Part shown: positions 12,543-26,713 of the stretch, in pieces | Layout: each line of letters starts with the position of its first letter | Numbering within the stretch: position 1 is the first letter of the stretch | Origin: Trichosphaerium sp. ATCC 40318 | Lineage: Eukaryota; Protista; Tubulinea | Direction: 5' to 3' | Assembly (NCBI GenBank): GCA_038496445.1 | Contig: JALMLS010000573.1 | Location: 248,001-312,000 of the forward strand | DNA length: 64,000 bases | The notes under the pieces: model-generated | The model's input: only the letters and a program-made list of their open reading frames with translations | Databases searched by the model: none | What the model was told of the DNA's origin: nothing | Program-made: the position numbers and the translations under genes

Positions 12543-14481
12543 ATGAATAAAAAAAACTACCTGCAACTCTGCTTCAACACGGCGTTTTCAGCGCCATGCT
12601 TCACAAAAAACAGCGTCACTCCTATCAACGAAGATTCATTGCGTTACCAATCAATACATGCGTGGTAGACAACCACAGTCTTAACTGTTTACTGAACATT
12701 AAAAACCCGACTGTACCGATTGTCTGGCAAGGTAACAAATACATTATTTTATTCTGGATTGCTACTTTACACTATGGGTTGAAGCGTTTCCCTTAGAAAG
12801 TACCAGTACGAAGTCATTGCTAAACTCTGTATTAAAGAAATAGCCAAAGAAGTTGCTGTTATAAACATGGGTGGCAGTCGTCATCCTCACTGACGCAATT
12901 TGTTACCCTTATAGGAGCGTTGGTATAAACACTTCACATTGAAATGACGAGTATCTTGTAGCACGAAACAAAAAATAACAAGTATGGTTTTGAGTGTCGC
13001 TAGCGTTATGTAACACTGCGCTTCTTACAAAGTTGAAAATAAAAGATAATCACAGTAAGTCTTGAGTTTTGTTAAAGTAAAGGCTTGCTGACCCTCCTAA
13101 TTGTTTTTTCTTTTCGAACCGCTGTGCGTGAGTGTAACTCCATAGCTGAGGTAGCGAAGATTTCAGTAGTACAGCGTTTATTGTGCAGCTATCAAGTGAT
13201 TTGACGAGATGTCGTGATAGAGCGAAACAAGTTCCAACACCGGTTTTTCAAAATACAGTTGTGAAAACAAAGAAAAACCCTTTGGATGGCAAAACCTATT
13301 TTCTTGGTAGTTTGCAGTAATGTAGAACGCGTTGTTTCGCGGACTATTTTTTAACCCGACAGGCAACAATGTGTTATTACAAAAAACATTATCATAACGA
13401 GAACCACGAATTCGTCGACCTGTTTTTACGCTAGGCAGACGCTGTAATCACTTGGGGTTTTTTTGTGCGATCACATGTTTGAGATAGATTTTTTTTCGTG
13501 TTTTGTTAGTTTCTATCTTCCCCTTGTTTCATTTGTGACACTTTATATTGTCAGGGTAGGCGATGGCTATTTAAATTACTGTATTTTGAGCTAAACAGAA
13601 CCAACAACACTGCGTTGCAGGGTAAGAACACAGCATTTTGACCAACGAAATACTATCTCCTTACGCGCCACAATGCGCTATCTACTCCCAAAGAACATGT
13701 ACTACAACAGTTTTTTTTTCCACAGCTGGTTTTTTTGTTAGCACTTTGCTTCTATTTTTTCCAACCACACGCAGCGTTTACAAAACAGACAATAGTGGAT
13801 GGTTAAATTACAGCGTTTTGGAGAAAACGTACATGAACAGAAAGCTAAAGAACTCTTTGCGCCGTTATTCTGCTCTCCAAAGTGGTAGTGTAAATAATTA
13901 TCAAACGCCAAGTTGTTAACTCAATTTACTGACCGCAACGATTACTTTTATAGGCTCTTTTTCACCATCAGTTTGGTTTTGCGCAACGCTTTTTCGCCTC
14001 TTTCATCAACAAAACAAACCGTCTGAGACAACACACTTGCTTACTTTGTTTGCAACTACACTAAGAATGTCCAACCTATACGCCTGTACCAGTAGCAAGG
14101 ATTTCGCACTCATAAATGTACTGCAACTGACATGGGGTAGAGCTGTAAGCGTAGCATACAAGCAGGGCGTATTGCTTAGGCACTAGTAACCAGACAACAC
14201 GTTATAAAAGTAACTGAAAGGCAACAAAAACTCACGTTGCTAAGGCTATTATGAGTAAATCGAAAAAAGGGACACATAACAAAAAAGTTGCTTTTGCTTT
14301 TAAACTTGCATGTAGTTGCTGAATAGCACTACTCCATGCGTCTACAGTGATCACCTTGATTAACTACTTGTATAGTCAGAAAGTAACTAAGTTACAGCAC
14401 CTCTTACCTTGTTTTGGAGCTATTAACCAATGTTTAGAGTCTTTTGAGCGCGTAGCGAGTGGGCGAGAAAAGACAAAACTG

Positions 14482-14590
14482 CAACGGAGCTGCACGAGGT
14501 AACAGTAAACCCTTATCACCTACGAATGGGATACCTCTACAATAAAAGCCGAACAGAGTTCAAGCCAATACTCCTATGTTGTTGCAGCTT
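14482..14590. ncRNA. Candidate structured ncRNA, copy 2
   Basis: Identical to 9906-10014. Confidence 0.5.
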
Positions 14591-15789
14591 GCCTTTGCTA
14601 AAGAAGCACAGTCACACTTTTTCTTTAACGGTAGTTTTTTGAAATAGAGATACGAAGGAACGAGGCAAAGGACTGTAGGCTACAGTACATTTAAAAACCT
14701 TTTTGAGGGGTTTAGAGTAGCAAAACCCTCAGAAAGGCTCTAAATGGTCAAGCCGTCAAGGTCTCCTACTCAATTGGGCTCGTTACAGCGTTATTGTCAA
14801 AATAAGTGACACTGTGCTTTATACCATGCATGGGTACTCTTTCTATGTCTACTGTCGCTATTGATGCACATACGCGTTTAATTACAACTTTAGACCGTTT
14901 GGATTTGTACTTATTTTCTGACAAGCGCAACGCTATCTTTGTGGCTATGGCTACTAAGCGTACCTGGGATGTAACTTTTGTGCCTTTGTATGAAATATTT
15001 CCTGACGCCCAGCATGGCAGGCTGTACCTACTACAAAGGCACCCACGGCACCTATTCTTCCCACACCAACAGCACCCACGGTCCAAGCCGCCAACTGCAC
15101 AACTCTCCAATTTAATCGTATACTGCTAGTACGCATTTATTTTACGTCGGGAGTGCGCCAATGAAGTCAGCAAAGTATTTGACAGTCATTTTGTAATTTG
15201 ACAGTCATTTTGTAGTTCAACTGTTTATTTCGACGCGCTTGAGAATGGACAAGATTGTTTCTAGCGCATATTGTGGTGTTGAAGTTTCTTATTGCTAACA
15301 ACTTAGCTGTGTTACAAGTATCGCAAGGTTGTCTTTTTACATTATTTTGTTGTTTTCTGACTCGTTCTCAATAGAATAGCTTCGTCAGCTGTGTCTTACT
15401 TCAATTGTACGTTTAATGAACGTTAGCGTCAAGAAATATTGTGGCACATTATCCAATGTGAATAGCACAGCCAAGCCCCAATTGAGTAAATACGCACGTA
15501 AAAACAGAGGATTTACTTATTGAAAAAATGAACCATTTTTTTTTTCACGTCCAATGCCACGGTTAATGTTTTGATTAGTAGGTGTCTTATCTCTGATTAT
15601 TGGTAGTTACTTCCTTTCATTATTGCATTACTTGTATTGAACCTATACCAAGACATGCAGCCTTTTCAAGGCTTGCCTGAAGTAAATAAAGTTAAAACAC
15701 TTGCAAAAGTAATTGCAAAAACGTGAACAAAATCTGGTTGCTGTTCGCAATAGTTGAGTATTTTATGTTCTTATTTATACACAGGAATA

Positions 15790-17826
15790 TTAATTGGTTG
15801 TATATTCACCTTCAGAAACATATTCACTCTTGAATAGATAGTCTTGTTCAGCAGTCTTTGTGCCCATATTATCAAAAGCCTTTGTTTTTGTGTACTTGTA
15901 TTTAATATACAAGTCACTTTTGGGTAGTACTCTAAGAGCAACAGTATCGACTATAACTGTCGCAACTGCTAGTAGACCCATACCAGAAACAAGCTAAAGA
16001 ATAATGAATGTTGATACAAGCACACGCCGTGGTAGCAGACCACGGAAAATGTTTTTTTCAAAAAAGAGAGAAAATAATGTCACGTACAGTAAGTAAAAGC
16101 ACTTGAAAGTCAAATTGGCCTATTTTTCCTACTTGTAAGACAATGACTCGTACACCATGTCTATTGTATACTTCAAGTTCAGATATATTCTTTGTATATA
16201 TTGGCTGTACAGACTAGTAAAAGAAATATTTGTTAGATACCTTTTTTTAAAGGTGAACAGTTTTACCTTGAACTTTGTGTTTCTAACACGATGTGTCTGA
16301 TATGTGTATTTTACGAGTTTTGGATTAAAGGTGTATGTATTGGAATAAGTTATAAATAGCAGTATGACTATTCCATCATAACGCTTTGTAAAGTTGGCGT
16401 TAACCTCAGCTAAAGAAAAAATAAACAAAAATAGAAAAAAACAAGAAAGGCAACGTTCTGCTATCGTTGAGCACAAGCGATTTAAAACTACAGAAAAAAG
16501 CCGCAAAATGATCAATGACTGCGAGTGTTATAGAGGGCAATTTGTTCATATGAATTGTTGTTTTAAACAGTACGTACAAGGAGCGTCTAGACTAATCCCA
16601 CCATCTGTATTTTCTAACAAAAATCCTAGCGAAAATACATCCGGTTTACCCTTCACGCCAATTACGTTATCTTTTGTTACTGCAATAGGCTTTCTCTTTT
16701 CATTTAAAAATTCTCCGCGCATCTCTATAGCATTCTTCTGTAATCCTGAAGTGTACATAGTATGATCAAGGAGAAACTAGAAAAGAAATAAACAAACGCG
16801 AACAAAAAATCAAAACTTCTTCTGTCACGTGATACGATGTCTTCTCATTCTTGTATCAGTTCTTTTTAATTGACGTACCGTGAATCCTTCTATTCTAGCA
16901 ACATAGAATATAGATGCATTGAATTTAGGGTTACGTATATAACGACATTCATACGATGTTAAATCGCAAGCTTTTTCTGGTAGTTTTAGACACTCTTTAT
17001 TAGTTATGTTTGAGGGACACTGTCTAAGATGATAACGCGTTTGAGTAACACGTGTTGCAACAAGCATATCATGATCTTCTGTAGTGGGATATCTAAAACA
17101 ACGAGAGTAAGTAAACCTTTAAAACGCCAAGATGATAAAATTTGTACAAACAAAAATAATAAAAAACGCACACAGCAAGTTTCTCGTCCCAGTAGCGACA
17201 TTCATGTTTATTTCTATCTTTAGTGCTGTTAGTATTTTCTCCAGGTAGTTTACAATAAGAGTAAGCTGAAGGAGGCTTCCTAAAGTACATCAGGAACCAC
17301 ATAACCAAGAAAAAAAATGTTAAAGAAAATTGTCTTTTTTGAACAGATTCACGGCTCAACGCGGATAGAATTAGTAATATACCTTGGAGAAGGATTATCC
17401 TGCTTAGGGCTTTCAGGCTTCGTAAGAATCAAGGACAACATTGTTGCTTGTGTACCACAATACGCAAAACAAAGCGAGTAAATTAGGTAAATCAGGATAC
17501 AGCTAGAAGGGAGAGTCTTGTTGACCCCACTGGTTGCTCTGTGGTCATGTAACGCTTTTGATACAGAATGGTAAAACCTCGTGTGAGTGGTTAGGCAAAA
17601 ACGCACATGTGGTTCTAGTGGTACCAAGGATGTACGCGATGATAGATAGAACAAGAAAGTAGTGTATTAGGCCTAATCGCTTATCACGTATTGTAACAAT
17701 CTGGGTATGGCGTCAAAAATACATCCCCACGCTAATTAGTACCTTTACTGTGCTATACGCAAAAATATCATCCAAACCTAATGCAATTAGTTATTCTCAC
17801 GCTCGGGACATCGTACCGCAACCCAT
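15790..17826 (-). CDS. P2X receptor (ATP-gated cation channel), Dictyostelium-type
   Basis: Spliced product reads MGCGLDDIFAYSTVKIVTIRDKRLGLIHYFL (YxTxK + TM1), ECRYWDEKLA, DHTMY, GKPDVFSLG, RYDGIVILLFITYSNTY, RHGVRV, FDFQVLLLTLVSGMGLLAVATVIVD (TM2) and YxxxK. Confidence 0.93.
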
Positions 17827-17916
17827 TGTAACCAAGCGGCACCTCTCTTAACGAACAACCAAAAATATTAAGTGTTGACAAAAAAACTTAAAATCAAAAG
17901 CCGTTTTTTTTCAGCA

Positions 17917-20900
17917 ATGGGCATCCCATCTTTCTTCAGATGGCTGTCTACAAAGTACCCAAAGATAATGGTACCCGCACAAGAAGCGGAAACTGTCGAG
18001 GTTGAGGGTGAGGAGTTCCCTCTGGATCTTACTCAAAAGAACCCCAACGGCACAGAATTTGACTGTTTGTACTTGGATATGAACGGTTTGATACATCCTT
18101 GTACTCACCCTGAGAACAAGGTAATTTATTAGTTAATTGCCTCAAAAGTGGTGCAGAGCGTAGTAAATAGCATGAATAACAATTATTGCGTTTTTAACGA
18201 GCGCATGAAAGTTAAGAGTGCGACAAATACGCTTTGTCGAAGCACTAAATATCGCGTATTCGTACACGCAAAAGGCGACCGTACCATTTCTTTTCCTATT
18301 CCGTTTTGATTATAAGCTCCAAATTTTTTTTTTACTTTTTTCACGTTCTAATACATCTCAGCCGCGTCCAAAGACCGAAGACGCCATGATGGTAGAAATT
18401 TTTAAATACGTCGACAGAATAATGTCGATAGTCCGTCCAAGACGCGTTTTATACCTCGCAATCGGTAAGAAATATTAAATATTGCGTTACAGTCATTATA
18501 TCTACGCCAGTTAGCGACTTTGAGTTTTTTTTAATATTTTCACGAGAAAAAAAAATTCTTTTCGTTTTGCAACCCACCTCTTTTCTTTTTCCATTTTTTT
18601 TTATCTTTCAAAGAAATCTATGATATTAGTTATGCTACTAATAAAAAACCGCGGATCTTTTGAAACAAAGCTTCTGGATTGAGGATATAATGACGGAAGA
18701 AATTTTTTTTGGATCTTAGTTTTTTAACCATTTACTAACACGTGTTTAAAGATGGTGTTGCACCACGTGCAAAAATGAATCAACAAAGGTCTAGACGTTT
18801 CAGATCCGCAAGAGAAGCAGCTAATAACAAAAAGATGAAGGTAGGAGTTTGATGTTTACTTGATGGTGGTTTTTGACTTTTTTTTTTTTTTTTCAAAGGC
18901 TGAAAATCGCGCTGATCTCGTTGCACTTGGAACAATGACTCAAGAAGAAGCAGACGAAGAAGCTGCAGCTGAAGAAGCAAGGCGTTGGGATCACAATTGT
19001 ATCACACCTGGGACTGTGTTTATGGATAAGGTACTTGAACTTTCTCATTCAATGAATCTTGTTTACTAAGTTGTGTTTACTACTAGGTCTCTGAGGCATT
19101 ACGTTTCTTCGTGATTAAAAGACAACAAACCAATCCTGGATGGAGGGACTTGACAGTTGTTTTTTCTGATTCCAATACACCGGGAGAAGGAGAGCATAAA
19201 ATAATGGTAAGTGTTCTGTTTTAAATGTATTTATCTAAGTTTGAAAAAGGACTTTATCAGGACCATGCGCCAACAACCGGGATACGACCCAAACACAAAG
19301 TGAGTATTATATTCATACTTACTCTTGATTCTCGTGCATACTATTATCACATTTCCAGTACTATCAGGGATTGATGTTTATTTCTTTTTTTTTAGGCATG
19401 TTATTTGTGGATTAGATGCTGATTTAATTATGCTTGCTCTTGCCACACATGAACCTCATTTCTATATTCTAAGAGAGAAGGTATATTTCGGACGTGAGAG
19501 AGATAAGGCTGAATATCAAATTAAATCGGTAAGTTCGCACGTGACTGTGAATAGTCAACATTCAAAAACTTTTGTTTAACTTAAATTAGGGTATAATGAA
19601 AGCGTTACCTTTTGAGTTTTTATTGATACCTGTTCTTCGTGAGTATCTAAATAATGATTTAAACCCAAAAGATGATTCAATGGATTTTGACTATGACCTT
19701 GAACGGTACGAAATAATATCACTTGTTTCTCGAGGTTAACGTGCTTGCTCTACAAAAATCTTTTTGCTTTTTTTGTTTTGTTGCACGTGCTTCCAAATCA
19801 AGACTTTCTCTCGTGCTTGATTTATATTATTTATTAATCGCTCTTTTGTAGTGTTATTGACGATTTTATATTTATATGTTTCTTTGTTGGTAACGATTTT
19901 TTGCCTCATTTACCAACACTCGAGATTCGTGATGGAGCGATTGAATTGCTCATGTTCAAGTACAGAGAAGTATTACCCACTTTAGGAGGTTACCTGACTG
20001 ATGGTGGTATCGTACGTAATCTATAGCAGTGTTTATTTGTCGTATATCATTTATGAGTTGTCAGTATGCGCCATATCATGTGGACTTACGACTTCTACAA
20101 CCAACTAATTACTTTTTTTTGCTCTTTTTTTTTTGTTTTTGTGGATGCGGTTGTTCTTTTCGTGTTGTTGCTCCGCACTTGATCTTGTACTTTTTATGGC
20201 TTTTCTGATAAGGTATTTATTATAGGTAAATTTTACGCTTGTAGAGAAGCTTGTACAAGAGATTGCTGCTATTGAAGATAAGATTCTTGAACAAAGAAAG
20301 CAAGCTCAAGAAGAGCAAAATCGTAAGAGAATGGAACGTGCTGCAAGGAATATTGCACAAAAAGAACACGACAAAGCAAGGCGTGGTCTTCCTTCTGTTG
20401 TACCAACACCTCATGATGTCAAGCCTGAAGATGGTAACTCAAATAAAAAAGCAGCAGCAATGATCAAAGCACAAATAACTACAGGAAACGATTTGGAAGT
20501 TATGGTACGAAACGACAACAGATCACTAGTACAGCAGGCATATTTTAGCAATGTTGGCTGTTAGTTAACTTGAAAATTGACTAATGCTTTGCTGGCGAGT
20601 GCTGTGTTTGTGGGAACTGCTTTCGCTCAGCTGTCGGCTCACAGCAAACGAGCAATCTCACTTTCTTGCTTTGAACGCTTTCTTTTTGTTTTTTGGATTA
20701 ATTGTTACTTTGTAGGACTTTGATATGACTAAGACTACGCCTACTATCGGTACGCGTCCTCTGAGAGAAGGAGAGGTAGCTATTGCTGGTACAAATGTAA
20801 GACTTGGAGAAAAAGGTGGTAGAGAACGATACTACGCTGCAAAGTTTGGAAAGAAACTCAAGGCTGAAGAAGACCAAGAATTTTTTGAAATGTACGTTTG

Positions 20901-23322
20901 AGTTTATATAACCAATGGTGTCGTATAAATCAATATTCGAATGCTGGTAGGCATCAAAAATACCTACAACGGACCCGAGATTGCAACCACTCTTTTTTTT
21001 TATTATTGAGTTTTTTTTTAATTCATTTCATTGAAACTCTGCGTAGGATGCGTCAAAAATATGCAGAAGGTCTTCAGTGGGTTCTTGGATATTACTACAG
21101 AGGTATGTCATTATGGGTTTTTATTTTGAAGTAAGTTGTTGTAAGTACATGGCTTATGTCTTTTTTCAAAAAACAGGCTGTCAATCTTGGGATTGGTATT
21201 TTCCTTACCATTACGCTCCATTGACAAATGAACTTCTTGGTATGTTCAAACACACACTTGATTTTGGACCATCAACGCCTTTCCGTCCTTTTGAGCAACT
21301 CATGGCTGTACTCCCAGAACCTAGGTACATTAAACAAAAAGGAGCTTTTGTTGATTTCAACGTTTTGTTAATGTTGTTTTTAGTGGAGTTTTCTTGCCTA
21401 AACCTTTATACAACTTGATGAAGGATACTGATTCTCCTATTCTTCATTTCTACCCTGATGACTTTCTTGTTGATTTGAATGGTCATCGTCACGCTTGGCA
21501 AGGTACGGTTTGATATTTGGATGCCGCTACAAGAGTATACTTTTTCAGATAGTGACATTGCTCTTTGTTGTTCTCTTTTGACTAATGTATATGTTATACA
21601 GGTGTTGCTTTATTGCCATTTATTGAAGAAGAAGAACTCTTAACAGAAATACAAAAACATGAAGCAGAGTTAACCGAAGAAGAGAAGCTTCGTAATTCAC
21701 CAAGTATGTTATTTTTTTTTGATCAAATTTTTTTCTTTTATTTGTTGAAGTACTTATTGTACTATTCTAGGACAACCTCTCATATTTGTACATGCGTCAA
21801 ATCCTATTGGAGCTCAAATACAGTCTCTTCTTGATGGTAACGCAGGTATGTCGCTTTTTGTTTTTGAACAATGTTTCAAAGTCACATTTGAAACAAACCT
21901 CTTTGGTTTCTCATGCACGTGTTCAACTCTTTATTTATATTGCATTAGAAACCGAGGAGACGTCTCATAACTCTATATTTGGAACCCTTAGAAAGTATAA
22001 ACACTGTACACATATTGGTGAAACTGTTCCCTGTCCTGTTGCTCAAGATGTACTTTTACTTTTTATTTCTTTATTTCTTTGTTATTTTTTTTTGACGGTT
22101 TTTATCACCTTTGTTCTTGCTCTCGACTTATGTTTAAATACTTAGGAGTCAAGGCCAGAAGATATTCATAACTGTCAAGTATACTGTGCAGAATATAAAA
22201 TACCAACACTCAACCCAGAGTTCGAACATTTTACTCGTATTCTTCCAGGTACAGGAAAAAAGTTTTTTTTAATCACTTTGACATCTGTGCTTTATCTAAT
22301 ATTAATCATTATTTCAGGTGTTGATATGCCTACACAAGTATTAGCTCAAGGCGCTGAAAGAAATCTAACAAAAACACCGTACGTGGTCTTAATGACTGTA
22401 CAACAAAAAAAACCAAACTTAGTTTTCTTTGTTTCACAAGCAATTCAAAAAGGTTGGTTTTAATATTTTTTCCTCTGTAGATTCAAGATGTTACGTGTCA
22501 TCAAACATGTTCTTGGTATGCCTACACATTCTAGAGGTAGAGGTAGAGGCAGAGGAGGATATCACTCAGGACCTATGCGTAGAAATAGAGGTACGGATTA
22601 GCTTTTTGTTATTTAAACTAACGAATGGTACCTTATCAGGTGGACACAACCGCTATGAGCCTTATGGTCGTGGTGGATACAGGAACCGAGGCAGAGGCGG
22701 ACATCGTGGTCGAGGCGGATACGGAGGCCGAGGTAGAGGAAGAGGAAGAGGCAGAGGCGGTTATGGAAACCGTGGCGGATATGGTGGTAATAGAGGACAC
22801 CAAGGAGGTTACGGAGGTAACCAAGGCGGTTATCAACAACAAGGCGGTTATAGAGGTAACCAGGGCGGTTACGGAGGAAACCAAGGTAATCAAGGTTATG
22901 GAGGTCGCCAAGGAGGTGGATACCAAGGAGGTAATCAAGGTTATCAAGGCGGACATCAGCAACAAGGTGGTTACGGTAACCAAGGTGGATATCAAGGAGG
23001 TAATCAAGGCGGTTATGGAGGAAACCAAGGCGGTTATCAAGGAGGTAATCAAGGCGGCTATCAAGGAGGTCCTCAAGGTGGATACGGCGGTAATCAAGGT
23101 GGATATCAAGGACAACAAGGTGGATATGGTAACCAACGTGGTGGATATAATCAAGGCGGACGTGGCGGTCGTGGAGGATACAGAGGAAGAGGTATATTGT
23201 TTTTTTCACTGTTTTGTCTTTCTGTCGTTTATGGGTTGTTTGTTTATTCTTTTTTTATTCTAGGCGGTTATAATCAAGGTAATCGTGGATATAATAATAA
23301 TAACAGACGTGGTGGGTACTAG
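17917..23322 (+). CDS. XRN2: 5'-3' exoribonuclease 2 (XRN2/Rat1) with RGG- and GYQ-rich C-terminal tail
   Basis: [88 protein letters not shown] and [12 protein letters not shown]. Short C-terminus with no recognisable XRN1-specific extension. Confidence 0.93.
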
Positions 23323-24732
23323 TAGCAACTAGTACTTTGACAGAAGAGAAATAAGAAAAAAAGAAGAAAGATTTACTTTTTTTGTTGATAAAGTTTGTAT
23401 CGGATTGCAAACTTGTTAAACTCAACAAAGTGTGATTAGATTTTTAACTTCAACAATTATTTTTCTTCGTTCTGGTGTTTTTAGCCACCTCAATATTTTT
23501 TTTGGTTGAGAGGTGCTATGTGTAAATAAAGTACAAATCCCTTCGCTACTTCAGTCATTAGTTATTTAATTGTTCCTGAACATGTTCCAGCAAGGAATCT
23601 TTGTTTCATATTATTCTCAATCTGTCACCTCAACAAGTTATTTAAAAATTCCTAAGCTACCTCTTTCACTTCAGTAATTGATAGGCATTAAAACAAAGGG
23701 TTCACACTGTTTTTACAAAATAATTTAATGCTACACAGCCTCATTTAACAGCACGTTTTAAAGCCAATAGAACGTATGGAACGCTTACAACAGGCTACAG
23801 TAATCACATATAGAATGCTGAGCACGGTATTTGAACTTTAACGACCAATTGAAAACGGCATGCTAAAAACTGAGTTCACATTGTGTTTGCATTGGTCGCT
23901 ATCATACAATTAATTTACATACGCTGTAATGGAAACAGTGATAATTGATCGTATACAGACCGAAATATGGGTTATAATCCTTAATTTTATACCCGTGAGA
24001 GCAGTATGCGCTGTTCACACAATCAACCTGTGACACTTTGCTCTTGAATGGTTCCATCAACATAAACAACTCATACACCATGGTCGTTCCATACCTTGCG
24101 TTATACTTCCTCTAGCCATCTATATAACGTTACTTCTCACGCAACATACCGTTTATGAACGTCTTAAGCTCTCCATGACGTCTAACGTTGCTCCCAGTAC
24201 TGAATATTTCTGGTTTTTTGAACCAATGACTAGTTCGATAAGTAAACTGACTAGAAAGTTGTTCTATGCATTCTGTATTTCATAAAACACGTATGAGACA
24301 ACAACAAAGTGATAGTTTGTTGCAGTTCCAAAACTGGCGCTTTCAAACTTGAGCACGTGTACAAAATAAACTCGACAACACTAAACAGTTGGTATTGCTG
24401 ATTTATTGGACTGCAATACAGCCTCGGCTACCTACCGAAAACTATTTCCAGAGTATATCATATAGTGTCTTATGACCATAGTAGAGATGACAGTGTTTTT
24501 TTTACGCTTGCAAAAGTTTGCTACAACACGCTGTGGCGTGTACAAAGACTTCATTTGTAGTAATACATTTTTCATTACCGAGGTAATATTTGAAATTAGT
24601 TAATGGAGGCCTCGCTTCCTGCAATGAAGAATTAAATACTCTTTATTTTTCTTTCATTGTAAAGTTTTTTTCGAACTTGTATATTGTTTTTATTTAAAAC
24701 AATCTTGGTGGACACTAGCTCTGGTTCCCTTC

Positions 24733-25765
24733 TCATTCTCCCCAATCGAAGACTTGAATAGGAATCTTGGTTCAGGATTTAGTTGTAACACATCGGAGAC
24801 GAGAAAAACGTTGAAGGTACCTTAGTGTCATCTCCATGAAGTAAGTAGTCTTCTTCCATTCTTCTGGCTCTTTCTTCTTCTTCTGCTTTAACAGCTTGTG
24901 CCAAAGTAGCCTTTCTATCGTTTTCTTCACTTGATTTAATAACGCGCTCTTCAGCAATCTGGGCGTGTTGTTTAGACCAAAATTAAGAAAAAAATACGAT
25001 TTTTCTTACTCTTCTTCTCCGTTCCTTTTCCTCAGCGTCTTTGGTTGCTTGAAGTGATGTATGTACTTCAATAGGACCATATTCTTTTTTGGCTACAAAT
25101 ACATTGCAATCTGCATTCTCCATGCAGTATTTTGTTGTCGAGCCAATGAACATTCTAGTATTGAGTAATAGCAAAAGAGTATAAGGATGGTAGCTCTACG
25201 TTTGACGTACCTACTAAAACTTCCAATGTCTCTTCTTCCAATAACCATGTGATGTATTTTCTTTTCCTTGACCGCCTTCAAACCGACCTGTTAGTATCAT
25301 CGGAGTCAAAAAATGTAGACACAGCTTACTTGGCATATTCCTTCACCGATGTGATTTGCCCATCCAAGCACTAAGCTTGGTTTCAAACCAACTTCGTTTG
25401 CTTTCGAGTAATACATTCTGAGAGTTCTTATGCTTCTTTTTTTCTAAAAATCAAGCACGTGTTACCAAACGACGGAAAAAAAGTTGTTTATTCTGAGTCA
25501 TTTACTCCTTCAAGCGTACCACTTCCTCTCTCATCGTTTCTAAGCTTGTCATTGACATTGGTGTTAATCCAGTATAAACTGTATTAAAATCTTCAGCCGC
25601 TTTATACAAGAAGAGCTCGTCGTTCTTCTGATCCATCATTGATAGAGCCTACAGTTTCTTTTAGCATTTGATCGTTTTTTCGGGTTTCGTTTTTTAACCG
25701 CATACTATGTTGAAAGCCCACTGAGCGTATTTAGATTCATCTACTGCTACTAACCAATTTGCCAT
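24733..25765 (-). CDS. Universal stress protein (USP) domain protein
   Basis: MANWLVAVDESKYAQWAF...HHMVIGRRDIGSFSRMFIGSTTKYCMENADCNVFVAK followed by a charged helical tail. Multi-exon. Confidence 0.88.
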
Positions 25766-26713
25766 ACTGTGCTGCTTTGATCGTTGTGTTCTGGAAAAGT
25801 CAGAAAAGTGAAATATTTAAAGTTTTACACATTCCGATACCTCTAAGAATGTTGATAATCGGGAAACCAGAGAAACGTTGGTGAGAATCGGTCAGGCTCG
25901 CGGACGTTTGGAAAGGTGGTCCAAGTTCCCGAATACAGGACCCTGATTTTTCTCATCAAAGAGCTGGCACTCATCGGTGTCGCCTCTCCTCAGCTCTGTC
26001 GGAATTTTTAAATTGGAAATAAAATCAAACGTACAACTTATTGTTGGAAGGAAAATAAGGTTGGTACAAATGCACAAGATTCGTTGCAACACCGCATTTA
26101 GTCGAATGGGATATGCAATGTATAATCGTCAAGCAGGTCTATGCTGTATATTCACTTTTAAACCGGAAGAGGTTGTACAAGTTCTACGGGAACAGGATTT
26201 GCTTTTTGCCTTGACAATTTTCTGAAGTTAGTGTTGGGACCCAAGATACACGATTTTAAGAGGCTACTCTTCTATCCGAAACGAATCGGTTGCTTCAATA
26301 TTTGCGAATATGAATGAGGAGAAACAAAATTGTTTAAGTCTTGTTAGCAGGCTGGGGTAGTGGAGCTATAGAAAAATGCTTCGAAACAGTTTTAATTACA
26401 GCCGAAGTCACACTTTACCAATTTATAAATTAACAGAGCTTATGGTCTTGGCCATCTCACAATCTTATTGTCTTATGTTCACTTAAGTCTTGTCTTACAT
26501 CTTCTTGAAGGTTGGTGTCAGTAGTTGATATTTGACCAAATGATGCAGATACAAGTCGACAAAAATTCAGTCCAACTTTAGTTATTGTAAGTAGTTGTCT
26601 TTGCCATAAGCCATTTTTCACAGAACAGCACGTGGCGTAAAACTCCAAGCAAGCACCTTGTCTTGCTTTGTCTGTTATTTAACATTATTGTCATCGGCTG
26701 CTGTAGCTGGGTT

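Noticed and set aside
9906-14590. Fanzor/TnpB omega-RNA scaffold
   Set aside because: No RuvC/TnpB-like ORF or transposon end is visible in the window, and homology continues on both sides of the core.
15177-15214. 19-bp tandem duplication ATTTGACAGTCATTTTGTA x2
   Set aside because: Ordinary slippage or repair duplication with no further structure.
22613-23263. Long alternative-frame and antisense ORFs (198, 212 and 172 aa)
   Set aside because: Shadows of the low-complexity XRN2 tail.
25830-26400. Coding-looking segment between the USP and MORN genes
   Set aside because: Broken frames and no recognisable motif.
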